In this document: positions 48,201 to 56,211 of the stretch, piece after piece | How the letters are laid out: each line of letters opens with the position of its first letter | Position numbering within the stretch: position 1 is the first letter of the stretch | Assembly (NCBI GenBank): GCA_902609415.1 | Contig: CACLRR010000002.1 | Span: 32,182-96,181, forward strand | DNA: 64,000 bases | DNA from: an uncultured Chlamydiae bacterium | GTDB lineage: Bacteria; Chlamydiota; Chlamydiia; Chlamydiales; CACLRR01 | Direction of reading: 5' to 3' | Made by a program: the position numbers and the translations under genes | Notes under the pieces: generated by a model | The model's database searches: none | Seen by the model: only the letters and a program-made list of their open reading frames with translations | Told to the model about the DNA's origin: nothing

Positions 48201-50098
48201 AGGAGGATCAGTGGAGAGTAAATCTTGATATTGGTGATATTCAAGTAATGAATCAGACCATTTCCTCGGCTGAAATTGATCTTTCTGTTGAAAAGCAGAA
48301 ATTACACCTAAAGAGTCTTTATGTAGATAAGTGGAAGATTCAAGGTGATCTTTTTCTCAAAGAAGATCTGTTAAAGGCAACTAATATAATATGTTCGGAT
48401 GGCAATAGGACCATAAAGCTAGATGAAGGATCTTATGATCAACTCTTAGGTATCTGGGGTTTTAATAAAGCGGCGCTAAGTTTTTCAGATTATGATTTTG
48501 GAGAGATTCCTATGAGTCTGATTGAAGCAAAAGGTGTTGTCAATTTTTATTGTTCATCAGATATTAAAACGCCCTATCTAGAAGCAAAAGGAGAGCTAGT
48601 TGCAAGAAAAGACGATGATCTTATGGCTGTATATAAGGGATTAATCACCATTGATGATGCCAATAGGTGGTTTGGAGAACAAATTGATATTGTAATTGTA
48701 ATGGATAAAGATGAAATATCTAGAGCAAGCATAGAATCAGTAGAAAAGATAGGAGAAGAATTAACCATAAAAGATTTATCTATTCGGGGGGATCTGGATA
48801 GAATAGAAAGGCTAGTTGAAAGAGAAGCAATAGACTGCGGTCAATGGCTTAACTTATTTAATCGTATGAGTGAGGAAAAGGTAATTGAAGTTACCTGTAA
48901 TGCAACGATAGGATCTGAAGGTATTTATTCTGGAGGAAGTTTTAGTTTTGGTCCGATGCAGGAAGCGATGACAACATTTTCTTTAGATAGAAGCTTTTTG
49001 GATTGTGTGACAATGTGTGGATTTAGGGAGGAGGATTATGCGATTCATACTCAAGTTAGATTCGGGGAGAACTATTTAACAGATATAAAAGTGCATCATG
49101 TAAAGGATGGTCTAATTAGAGAGGACATACTTTTTCATTCTCTTCTGAATTTCAATAAAGATAAGACGGTCCACGTTCAATCGTGTGAGGGGAATCTTTT
49201 TGGTGTTGAGTTTTCTCTTGTTCCTAAGCCCCGTTTGGAAGATCAATATGAAAGCACTTTTCTTTGCGATATAAACATTGATTTTGCAAACCTTGCAACC
49301 TATTTTCCTCAATTATTAGGTGAAATTACATCCTCTCTTGAATTGGGTTCGGGCTATAAGCTTGCAGGGGAGATTCTATGGAATAAAAGAAAACCCCTAT
49401 ACTCTTCTTTTACTGGGTATTTTAAGGGGAAGCATTTTGACCTTATGGGTTATACGTTTAGTTCTCTTGCAAGCAAATTATCAATAGAAAAAGATAAAAT
49501 ACAGATAGAAGATCTAAAACTTATTGATGAGTCTGTAGCAATTGAAATAGAGAAAATTTCTATTGAAAAGGATATTCAAAAGAGGTGGCAAATATCTATT
49601 CCCCAGGCAGGAGTAGAAAATTTAAGGCCAAGCCTATTTAAGCGAGATTTTAATTATTGTAGTAGGTTGAAACCGTTTGTGATAAGGAAGATTTTATTTC
49701 AGGATATTTGTGGTTATCTTGCAATGCACAAATCTCTGACGGGAAAAGGAGTACTTCTCTTTGATAATCAATTCAAGAAGATTCCCAACTTTTTTGAGGT
49801 GCCGGTAGAAATTATAAGTAGGATTGGTTTAGATCCAGTCCTATTAATTCCTATTCATGGTGAGATGGATTTTGTATTGAAGGAGGGAGATCTACTTTTT
49901 ACAAAATTGAAAAATAGTTATAGCGAAAATAAACGCTCTGTTTTTTCACTTTCTACAAAAACACCTTCCCGTATTAGCCTTTCCGGTGATGTCGATATTA
50001 ATATAAAGATGAAACAGAACGTACTTTTTAAGATTACTGAATTGTTTATACTTTCAGTTGGGGGTACACTTGAAAACCCTAAGGTGTCATTACACTAG
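45257..50098 (+). CDS. very large envelope protein, possibly AsmA/TamB-like
   Basis: 1613 aa, single N-terminal TM, beta-rich alternating pattern, C-terminal VGGTLENPKV like AsmA/TamB ends. Confidence 0.6.
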   Translation: MSKNLLQKIKNFCAYALLAVFFTSAFYCYDIMIQGCTEFYLNRLYPVKKGWRVSFDKIQLSTSGIKCSNLQLKSREDMFACHIDTIEFLFRSVPREKKILLRDMNLTIDKGATVYFSDWRQSFSQRTKFPRFSLDHIQVNLKEEENVDTFHLSLSTEHSTKINGQIKLFQKRGGEVDLEASLHKWMNEWMVECTFHDMQIGKLQNVYRFFLDDDLTTDIRGRANGRIWLSLDSDFSIHQANSVVKLQELNLKKGAPYADLYIEQASVEYYYPLGKIENVNPSYYKNSLCHIKIEECACSFKENEQNQFYHLEGINGSFYYHSLKNSHIELGGSYIQNGESFQMRLYGEPKINKNGNATTDLKLTLESDDQSCTSAHIVLNEINEDEMHIEVALNEIDTRQMALCQHLLSYSIPEVKEVSFLEGSYSGLASLSLREKKLISIDLDYAKGIDVAVSHKEREITARCRDFNISGKLDLNALPFIAFDTWRVDLNEGSIDRIDLDKIDLDIEVEKKTFTYSTLDFSHKGIDCCIEMEGSYSEPIINISLNMMQKTLLRYVLEDEENALQKRRLEITSHFEKKDKEWNIIGECAFENENRVKERISFGAFSDITIDHLLNRRFENRVHDFWFKGESISGYLFNCLQKVHKLPCCVEGLIDVSGKINNDQINAAISVKEIEIDSNEYFFAIGEPLENQINIVYDRHENVCAGRGLLTHLDVFEKESSFVYTDTSAEVTFSNTKIVFKDIKTSYQSITFEGSLGLLLKDEMLLDLTIKKAEGDIVDGLSILHNYYFQTDLEDQLGGRFNLLGDGISIAYFQDGLEPLIHGGVHLENAYYKNRNYDFLEGICCDISYSSLEKTSRIKNFRSHFFGADQYTLNINALMFNHKNGSGHFDCSLRGPLTYILDMKGSLEDGNLTIADTLMEKNLLDARINEDFELEELNCNWSIPYEHLRCIEDFAYNIDLCSLRLLEPYKAKTDSTICAEFKEDQWRVNLDIGDIQVMNQTISSAEIDLSVEKQKLHLKSLYVDKWKIQGDLFLKEDLLKATNIICSDGNRTIKLDEGSYDQLLGIWGFNKAALSFSDYDFGEIPMSLIEAKGVVNFYCSSDIKTPYLEAKGELVARKDDDLMAVYKGLITIDDANRWFGEQIDIVIVMDKDEISRASIESVEKIGEELTIKDLSIRGDLDRIERLVEREAIDCGQWLNLFNRMSEEKVIEVTCNATIGSEGIYSGGSFSFGPMQEAMTTFSLDRSFLDCVTMCGFREEDYAIHTQVRFGENYLTDIKVHHVKDGLIREDILFHSLLNFNKDKTVHVQSCEGNLFGVEFSLVPKPRLEDQYESTFLCDINIDFANLATYFPQLLGEITSSLELGSGYKLAGEILWNKRKPLYSSFTGYFKGKHFDLMGYTFSSLASKLSIEKDKIQIEDLKLIDESVAIEIEKISIEKDIQKRWQISIPQAGVENLRPSLFKRDFNYCSRLKPFVIRKILFQDICGYLAMHKSLTGKGVLLFDNQFKKIPNFFEVPVEIISRIGLDPVLLIPIHGEMDFVLKEGDLLFTKLKNSYSENKRSVFSLSTKTPSRISLSGDVDINIKMKQNVLFKITELFILSVGGTLENPKVSLH

Positions 50099-50099
50099 T

Positions 50100-50645
50100 A
50101 TGCAAAAACCACTAAAGCAATTATGGGCTGCTCTACTAGGGATGATCTACCCTAGTGAGTGTCTCTTCTGTCAAAAATATCTATTGAATCATAGTATCTT
50201 TTGTTCTGATTGTTTTAGTTTTTGTGAGTATATTAACCTACAAGGGCGCTGTCCTATATGTTTTAAGATATGTAATTATGGTCAATGTAAGCATGAGAAT
50301 CGATTGATTAGCTCTCAGGTTTTGTTTGATGATCTTTCACCACTTTGTGAGTTAATTAAATATAAGCAGATTTATGCAGAATTAATAGCATCCTTAGTAG
50401 TTGTGGGATGGAGTCAACAAAAAAGACCGATACCTACTAGGATTATCTCGGATCAGAAAGGATCTTCTGTAGCTGAGTATCTACGCCTTTTTTTTAAACT
50501 GAGCTCAGTAAATAGAAAGGATCTTTGCAACCAACATCTGTTATTATATAGTGACAGGCCTATGGATGAGAGGGAAAGGAATAAATATTTAACATTCTAT
50601 CCAAAGAGCTATTCTCATATTATCTTTTCTTCTTCAATCGACTAG
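50100..50645 (+). CDS. ComF-like protein with double zinc ribbon and degenerate PRTase domain
   Basis: YPSECLFC..CSDC..RCPIC..C; no VDDVxTTG motif. Confidence 0.65.
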   Translation: MQKPLKQLWAALLGMIYPSECLFCQKYLLNHSIFCSDCFSFCEYINLQGRCPICFKICNYGQCKHENRLISSQVLFDDLSPLCELIKYKQIYAELIASLVVVGWSQQKRPIPTRIISDQKGSSVAEYLRLFFKLSSVNRKDLCNQHLLLYSDRPMDERERNKYLTFYPKSYSHIIFSSSID

Positions 50646-50692
50646 AAAATTTTATTTATCAGTTTTGGATAGCAGAAGATGGGAGTCGTAAA

Positions 50693-50944
50693 GTGATCAA
50701 CAATAGGGAGCAAAAGACCTTTTCTTATCCTCACGAGAATTCGAATGGTGGACTTGTCATCCACTTTTTTGATCCCAGTAAAAGTGCCGAGTATATAATG
50801 AGTCTATTTATAATTCTAGACGCTAAGAATAAGACTAAATATCTTAATACTTTATCAGTTAAGATTCATTATATAGTCAAAAAGCAAATAGATCATTTTT
50901 TAAAGAGAATCAAAGTTAAAGGGCTTTCAACCAATACAGTGTGA
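50693..50944 (+). CDS. orphan ORF or gene fragment
   Basis: 83-aa ORF in otherwise empty intergenic space; frame stays open upstream to at least 50642; no motif. Confidence 0.3.
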   Translation: MINNREQKTFSYPHENSNGGLVIHFFDPSKSAEYIMSLFIILDAKNKTKYLNTLSVKIHYIVKKQIDHFLKRIKVKGLSTNTV

Positions 50945-51055
50945 TAAATGACTTTCGCAGCTATCAAATGGTAATAGAGTTAATTATTTTCTAATGAGCC
51001 TTTAATATACGTTGATCTTATCTTAAGAGGGTGTCTTTGGTTTTTTTAGAGTGGA

Positions 51056-51934
51056 TTAGGCTTTTTTCTTGAATTCGACAGAATCGATAAATATTGCAGA
51101 GAGGATGGCTATAAGGGCAAGGAACTCTCTAGTTGAAAAGGCTTCGTTAGCAAATATGGTTGCTGTAATGACTCCAACAAGGACTTCGAACATGAGAAGG
51201 ATAGCTAAACGAACAGGAGGGATCTTAGAGATACCAAAGAGAATTAGAACAGAGGAGGTATAGAACCAACCTATCCCTAGTAGGCCCATCCACAAAAGTG
51301 TTTTCATAGAAAAACCTGCGGGTATATGCATCAGTTTATCTGCAAGGAAGATACCTACAGTGAGATTGATGAGTGCAGTAAAGATACAGAAAAGGGTTGT
51401 TTGTGTATTGATACTGGGCCGTGACTTTGAGAGGTTAAAGAAGGTGGAGGAGAGGCCCCAAGCAATGCCACTAATTACAGGGAAGAGGTCTGCAGTACTA
51501 AAATTGCTAAGGATATTTGTATCTTTAATTGTAAGAATAAAAATACCTACCATCGAAAGAGCAACAGCGAGTAATCCTTTTCTTGAGACTCTTCTTTTTA
51601 GAATAATTATTTCTGCAAGAGTTGACCAGACAGGAAGCAGGTAGAAGAGAAGAAGTGCTTTAGTTACATTAATTCTAAGCATTGATTCGAAGTAGAAGAC
51701 AGGGCTTATGGAGAGTGAAATTATAGCCAATAGAGCATATCCATCGATATTAAGCTTCTTTTTTCTCTCATTTGTAAATAGGATTGGTAGAGTGATAATA
51801 AGTGGCATAAGAAAGGCTAGGGAAAAAAGGGGCGAGCTGTGGTTTGCTAGTTGATTTAGGTAGCGAATTGGGTACCAGTAGGTTCCATAAATAATAGCAC
51901 CAATGGCTACAGATAAGCTTGGGTTCATTCGCAT
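51056..51934 (-). CDS. EamA/DMT family transporter
   Basis: ten TM segments, ALLLFYLLPVW, AILLMFEVLVG. Confidence 0.88.
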   Translation of the reverse strand: MRMNPSLSVAIGAIIYGTYWYPIRYLNQLANHSSPLFSLAFLMPLIITLPILFTNERKKKLNIDGYALLAIISLSISPVFYFESMLRINVTKALLLFYLLPVWSTLAEIIILKRRVSRKGLLAVALSMVGIFILTIKDTNILSNFSTADLFPVISGIAWGLSSTFFNLSKSRPSINTQTTLFCIFTALINLTVGIFLADKLMHIPAGFSMKTLLWMGLLGIGWFYTSSVLILFGISKIPPVRLAILLMFEVLVGVITATIFANEAFSTREFLALIAILSAIFIDSVEFKKKA

Positions 51935-51935
51935 A

Positions 51936-53279
51936 TTATGCTTCTAGGTTTTTCTTTGTCATTTGGATCTGTTTTCTAAGAGTATTATCACTTTCAAGTT
52001 GTTTTGAGATTTTTTTCCAGGAGTGAAGAAGTGTAGAGTGTGTTTTTCCGCCAAAGGATGAAGATATTTTAATAAGGGACTCACTGATTAGTTCTTTAGC
52101 AAGATACATAGCTACTTGTCTTGGAAAAGCGATATCTCTAGCTCTAGAGCTTCCCCTAAGGTCTTGAACACGCACATTAAACATTGAGGAGACACTGCGT
52201 AAGATACTTTCTACTGTAATTTTTTTCTTTGGAATAAACTGAAACATCTCGCCAAGGATAGATTCAACGATCTCTTGGGTCAGTTCTGTTTCCATCATAC
52301 CGCAGTATGCGCTGAGTCTGTTGATAGCGCCTTCGAGTTGCCTTACATTTGCAAAGATATGCTCAGCGATAAAAAAGGCGATTTGCTGTGTAAGCTTAAG
52401 GCCAATTTTATCAGCCTTATGATGTAGAATAGCAACTCTTGTTTCTAGGTCTGGTATACCTACATTTGCAACAAGACCCCATTCCATGCGTGCTATAAGA
52501 CGTTCTGAAAGGTTGAGTTGACTTGGGGGTTTGTCACTGGTGATCACGATTTGTTTATTTTGATTAATAAGTGCTTCAAAGGTGTTGCAGAACTCTTCTT
52601 CAAAATTGAGCCTACTTTGTAGAAACTGGATATCATCGACAAGAAGTATATCTAGGCTTCTATAGTAGCGCTTCATTTGAGCTACAGATTTATTGCGTAG
52701 GTTATGAACGAGATCATTAATAAAAGCCTCTGTGGTAATACATTGCACCTTCATTCTAGGGTTGGAAGTTTTAATTTCATGGCCTATACTGTGAAGAAGG
52801 TGTGTCTTACCAAGACCTACACCACCATGGATAAAAAGAGGGTTATACGATTGTCCAGGTCTGGCAGCAACACCAAGAGCTGCAGACTTTACAAATTGAT
52901 TAGAAGGACCTTCAATAAAATAGGAGAAGGTATATTGATGATTGAGCTTTACCTCAAATTGAGGAGGTTTTTCACTTATTTTTTCTCCGTTTTTAGGAGA
53001 GCTTTTGGTGATTGCTTTTTTTTCTGGGGCTTTGATTACAAAATCAATGGCTGGATCACCGTTGGATTTTGTGGGAAGTAGGGAGGTAAGCTCAGCTTTG
53101 TAATTTTCAAGGAGATATTCTTGAAGAAAGATATTTGGAACTTCTAGTGTAATGGATGAATCGCTTGTTTCTAGTAATTGAATAGGGGAGAACCAATTTT
53201 GGAATTCAAGGGGTGAGGTTTTATTTTTGATAAGCTGGAGAAATTCTGACCAAGCCTGCTTAGTATCTTGCATTAACAT
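51936..53279 (-). CDS. dnaA: chromosomal replication initiator DnaA
   Basis: YNPLFIHGGVGLGKTHL, LLVDDIQFL, NVRQLEGA, RQVAMYL, FGGKTHSTLLH. Confidence 0.98.
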   Translation of the reverse strand: MLMQDTKQAWSEFLQLIKNKTSPLEFQNWFSPIQLLETSDSSITLEVPNIFLQEYLLENYKAELTSLLPTKSNGDPAIDFVIKAPEKKAITKSSPKNGEKISEKPPQFEVKLNHQYTFSYFIEGPSNQFVKSAALGVAARPGQSYNPLFIHGGVGLGKTHLLHSIGHEIKTSNPRMKVQCITTEAFINDLVHNLRNKSVAQMKRYYRSLDILLVDDIQFLQSRLNFEEEFCNTFEALINQNKQIVITSDKPPSQLNLSERLIARMEWGLVANVGIPDLETRVAILHHKADKIGLKLTQQIAFFIAEHIFANVRQLEGAINRLSAYCGMMETELTQEIVESILGEMFQFIPKKKITVESILRSVSSMFNVRVQDLRGSSRARDIAFPRQVAMYLAKELISESLIKISSSFGGKTHSTLLHSWKKISKQLESDNTLRKQIQMTKKNLEA

Positions 53280-53294
53280 TTAAGTCCTTTGTAG

Positions 53295-53325
53295 TTATCA
53301 ACAGAGTTTCCACAACTTATTCAAG
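53295..53325. promoter_or_regulatory. three DnaA-box-like 9-mers at 11-bp period in the dnaA leader
   Basis: TTATCAACA (53295), GTTTCCACA (53306), TTATTCAAG (53317) vs consensus TTATCCACA. Confidence 0.65.
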
Positions 53326-53344
53326 TGGTGCTATTTACGTTGAA

Positions 53345-53373
53345 ACTTTAACCCGAATTATCAATGCTTGCAA
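53345..53373 (-). promoter_or_regulatory. sigma66-type promoter of dnaA
   Basis: minus strand TTGCAA-17 bp-TAAAGT. Confidence 0.55.
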
Positions 53374-53449
53374 GAGTTTTTCTACAAAAAAAAAGAGATA
53401 GTCGACTAACTCATTTATACCCAGTGTGATTGCATCGAATGTTTTTTTT

Positions 53450-53851
53450 CTAGCTTGAATAAGCTAATGAAAGGGCCGCTGCTTGGTTAGCAATCTCTGT
53501 ATTTTTATGGTGAAGAAGAGCTGCTGTTTGCTCAGAAGCTTCTTTTTTGTATCCAAGAAGAAAGAGGGTTTTTGCCCTATTTAGAAGGGCTTTTTCATTA
53601 TTAGGGGAATATTTTAAGGAGAGGTTGATGTAGTTGAGTGCAGAAAGGTTATCGCCTGTTTCTAGGTAAAGGGCGCCAAGAGTATGAAGATCGAAATCAT
53701 TTTCTGGAGAGAGCACAGTTAAGGCTTCAAAGAACACAAGAGCCTTGTCATAGAGACCTTGTTTTATATATGAGTAGCCGATCATACGTAGATCGGATAT
53801 CTCTTTGTCATCCGACCAGTTTAGGAGTTTTTTCCATTCAGTCTTTTCCAT
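53450..53851 (-). CDS. TPR protein, SycD/LcrH-like type III secretion chaperone (CT274-like)
   Basis: DLRMIGYSYIKQG..ALVFFEAL, TLGALYLE, LLNRAKTLF; synteny upstream of dnaA. Confidence 0.8.
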   Translation of the reverse strand: MEKTEWKKLLNWSDDKEISDLRMIGYSYIKQGLYDKALVFFEALTVLSPENDFDLHTLGALYLETGDNLSALNYINLSLKYSPNNEKALLNRAKTLFLLGYKKEASEQTAALLHHKNTEIANQAAALSLAYSS

Positions 53852-53852
53852 A

Positions 53853-54353
53853 TTAACCTTTTTGGTAGCGTACGATTTGAGAGTATATTTCAGTGAGGAG
53901 TTTATTTAAATCACGAATCATAAGAAGAAGGGCCTTGACTGCTTCACCTTCATTTTTTTTATTTTTCTTTATCTGTTCTTGTTCCCACTCTTCACCTTCC
54001 ACCTGGTCTTCTTTTGCAATCTCTTGATCTAATCGTTCTAAAAGGATATCTAATTTTTCTTCCGAATATCCAAGGCTAGAAGAGAGCATGCGGTGAAGGA
54101 AAATACCATTTTTTCTTAAGGTCTCTTGAGGAGGGTTTGAGAAGAGAGCCCATTTTTTTTTAGCCTTGTCTAGTTCAAATAATTTATAGATCTCAGATTC
54201 TATCTGTGGATCTAGTACATCTCTATCTTGTCTTTGAAAGACCCATTTTGCTTCTGAAAGCAGTTGTTCTTGATGACCTTTTTTTTTTAGATCGTAGTCT
54301 TTATATAGCGTTAGATCTAAATTATCGATTGTTTGGGAATTTACTTTTTCCAT
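53853..54353 (-). CDS. conserved chlamydial protein (CT273-like)
   Basis: TIDNL, WALFSNP, terminal QYQKG-like RYQKG; coupled to the TPR gene. Confidence 0.65.
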   Translation of the reverse strand: MEKVNSQTIDNLDLTLYKDYDLKKKGHQEQLLSEAKWVFQRQDRDVLDPQIESEIYKLFELDKAKKKWALFSNPPQETLRKNGIFLHRMLSSSLGYSEEKLDILLERLDQEIAKEDQVEGEEWEQEQIKKNKKNEGEAVKALLLMIRDLNKLLTEIYSQIVRYQKG

Positions 54354-54498
54354 AATTTTACATTTAGCAAAATTATTTTCTTTTTTCTACAATTAATATT
54401 AAAACCTAATCAATCAAGCCTTTTTACAGTTATGGTCTTACAAAATAATCACCTCTTTGTGTAAAATTGCCTACATATCTAATTATTGAGAAAGCTTT

Positions 54499-55158
54499 AT
54501 GACAAAGACTGTTTCTGTAAATGATGAAGTAGCTAGCTATTTAGAGGAGTTTGGGGTAACCGATCTTTCTGTTTATGAGCGAAGTAGGAAGGCTACTATT
54601 GAGGAGTTTAGAGAGGCCTCTGTATTGCAGATTACACCAGAACAGGCCGATTTCCTAAAGCTTTTAATAAACATTGGAGGCTACAGAAATATTTTAGAAT
54701 TGGGTACTTTTACTGGGTATAGCGCTCTTTCAATGGCTCTTGCCATGGGTAAGGGTGGAAGGGTGTTTACAGTCGATAAATGCCTAAGAGCCACCAGTGT
54801 TGCAAGGAAGCTTTGGGGACATTATCCGATAGGAGCTAATATTGAGTTAATGATCTCAGATGCAATGGATGCCCTGGAAGGTCTTATTAGTAAAAAGAAG
54901 GAGTTTGATTTTATCTTTATTGATGCGGATAAGATCAACTATATCAACTACTATCAGCTCTGCTCAAAGCTACTTAGTAAGAAGGGTGTTATGGTTTTTG
55001 ATAATGTCCTCTGGAGAGGTGATGTGGCTGATTCTTCTAAGCGCAAAAAGTATGTGCAGCAAATACACTCATTTAATCAATTTGTCAAACAAGATGGGCG
55101 TTTTACCACATCAATATTCTCTGTTGGCGATGGCATGATGGTGTGCCAATCAGCCTAA
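54499..55158 (+). CDS. class I SAM-dependent O-methyltransferase (CCoAOMT-like)
   Basis: LQITPEQA, LELGTFTGYSAL, FDFIFIDADK, DNVLWRGDV, VGDG. Confidence 0.93.
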   Translation: MTKTVSVNDEVASYLEEFGVTDLSVYERSRKATIEEFREASVLQITPEQADFLKLLINIGGYRNILELGTFTGYSALSMALAMGKGGRVFTVDKCLRATSVARKLWGHYPIGANIELMISDAMDALEGLISKKKEFDFIFIDADKINYINYYQLCSKLLSKKGVMVFDNVLWRGDVADSSKRKKYVQQIHSFNQFVKQDGRFTTSIFSVGDGMMVCQSA

Positions 55159-55180
55159 TTCCTAATTCATTTATAATAAG

Positions 55181-55485
55181 ATGAAAAGGAGTTTTATTAT
55201 TAAAAAAAAAGAAAGAAATTAGCTGTCCTAGGTGTAAAAGCGAAATAGAAGAAAAGAAAAAAACTGGAATGTGGCGCTTGTGGTAAAAGAGTAGTAGTGT
55301 GTGGCGTCAGAGAATGTCCCTTATCTTGTGAGAAAAATACTAAACATTTGGTTTTTAGTGATTGCGGTTTCTCTAACAGCTTTAAAGAAATAGATGAATC
55401 TGAAAAATCAGAATAAGAATCAGTTGAAGTTAAGTCTAAAAAACCTAAAACAGACGAAAAAGAGCTGGATAAAGATAAGGGTTAG
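55181..55485 (+). pseudogene. unannotated small Cys-rich zinc-ribbon gene broken by two homopolymer frameshifts
   Basis: ATG 55181, +1 at A9 (55202-55210) into KEISCPRCKSE, +1 at A7 (55257-55263) into LECGACGKRVVVCGVRECPLSC; TAA 55414, frame continues to TAG 55483. Confidence 0.55.
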
Positions 55486-55616
55486 GTTAGTGTGTAGTAA
55501 TAGTTCTTGTTCTTCCCACTAAAACCCACTTTTTTCTTTGATTAGTCTTCTGGTTAATTCTTAACTATTTAAACAGAGTTTGTAATTACGGATCCTGTTT
55601 TTATTATTTTAAGTTG

Positions 55617-55660
55617 TTGCGTAGTTTTTTATAGATTGCTATGCTGTGGGAATAGGTGGG
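55617..55660 (+). promoter_or_regulatory. mraZ/dcw promoter with MraZ-type GTGGG repeats
   Basis: TTGCGT-17 bp-TATGCT (55617-55645) directly followed by GTGGG at 55646 and 55656 (10-bp period); inverted pair CCCAC at 55515 and 55525. Confidence 0.7.
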
Positions 55661-55683
55661 AAATTTAGAAGAGACAGCAACTG

Positions 55684-56211
55684 ATGACGCAAGGTTTTTT
55701 TAGCGGTTCTTATGAAGTAAAGTTGGATGAGAAGGGACGTTTTGTCTTGCCTCAAGATCTACGCTATCAGCTTGTTGAGAATGGTGAACTTAAGTTTTCT
55801 ATAGCTTTAAGTATGGGTGGTTGCTTAGCTATTTATAAGCGCTCAGAGATGGATAGAATTGTAGAATGTTTTAGGAAGAAACAGCATATAGCAAAGTTTC
55901 AGAAGTTCTTTACACTCTTTTTTTCCACCCTTTTCCACACATCCTGTGATAAAGTGGGAAGGGTGAATCTGCCAAAAGTATTAAAAAATGGTGTGGGTAT
56001 TCAGTCAAAAGTTGTCATTGCAGGGGCAATGAACAAAATTGAGCTATGGCCACAAGAGGTTTATCAGAAAAATCTTACAGATCTTCTTACTGATGCAAGA
56101 AATGATCAGGATTTATCAGCATTAATGGAAGAGGCATTTTCAAGTGAAGATAGCCAAAATGAAACTAAGATTGAAGACGCAGTAGAGAGGGTTCAAACGA
56201 CAACACTATGA
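55684..56211 (+). CDS. mraZ: division/cell wall cluster repressor MraZ
   Basis: FSGSYEVKLDEKGRFVLP, DKVGRVNLP, AGAMNKIELW; first gene of the dcw cluster. Confidence 0.93.
   Translation: MTQGFFSGSYEVKLDEKGRFVLPQDLRYQLVENGELKFSIALSMGGCLAIYKRSEMDRIVECFRKKQHIAKFQKFFTLFFSTLFHTSCDKVGRVNLPKVLKNGVGIQSKVVIAGAMNKIELWPQEVYQKNLTDLLTDARNDQDLSALMEEAFSSEDSQNETKIEDAVERVQTTTL

Noticed and set aside
53280-53449. oriC next to dnaA
   Set aside because: By eye the + strand is G-rich on both sides, the spacer is only about 170 bp, and no unwinding-element repeats are evident; autoregulatory boxes fit better.
55271-55304. GTGG/GTAG repeats at roughly 10-bp spacing as a third MraZ array
   Set aside because: Spacing is irregular and the repeats are explained by Cys-Gly codons (TGT GGN) of the cryptic zinc-ribbon gene.
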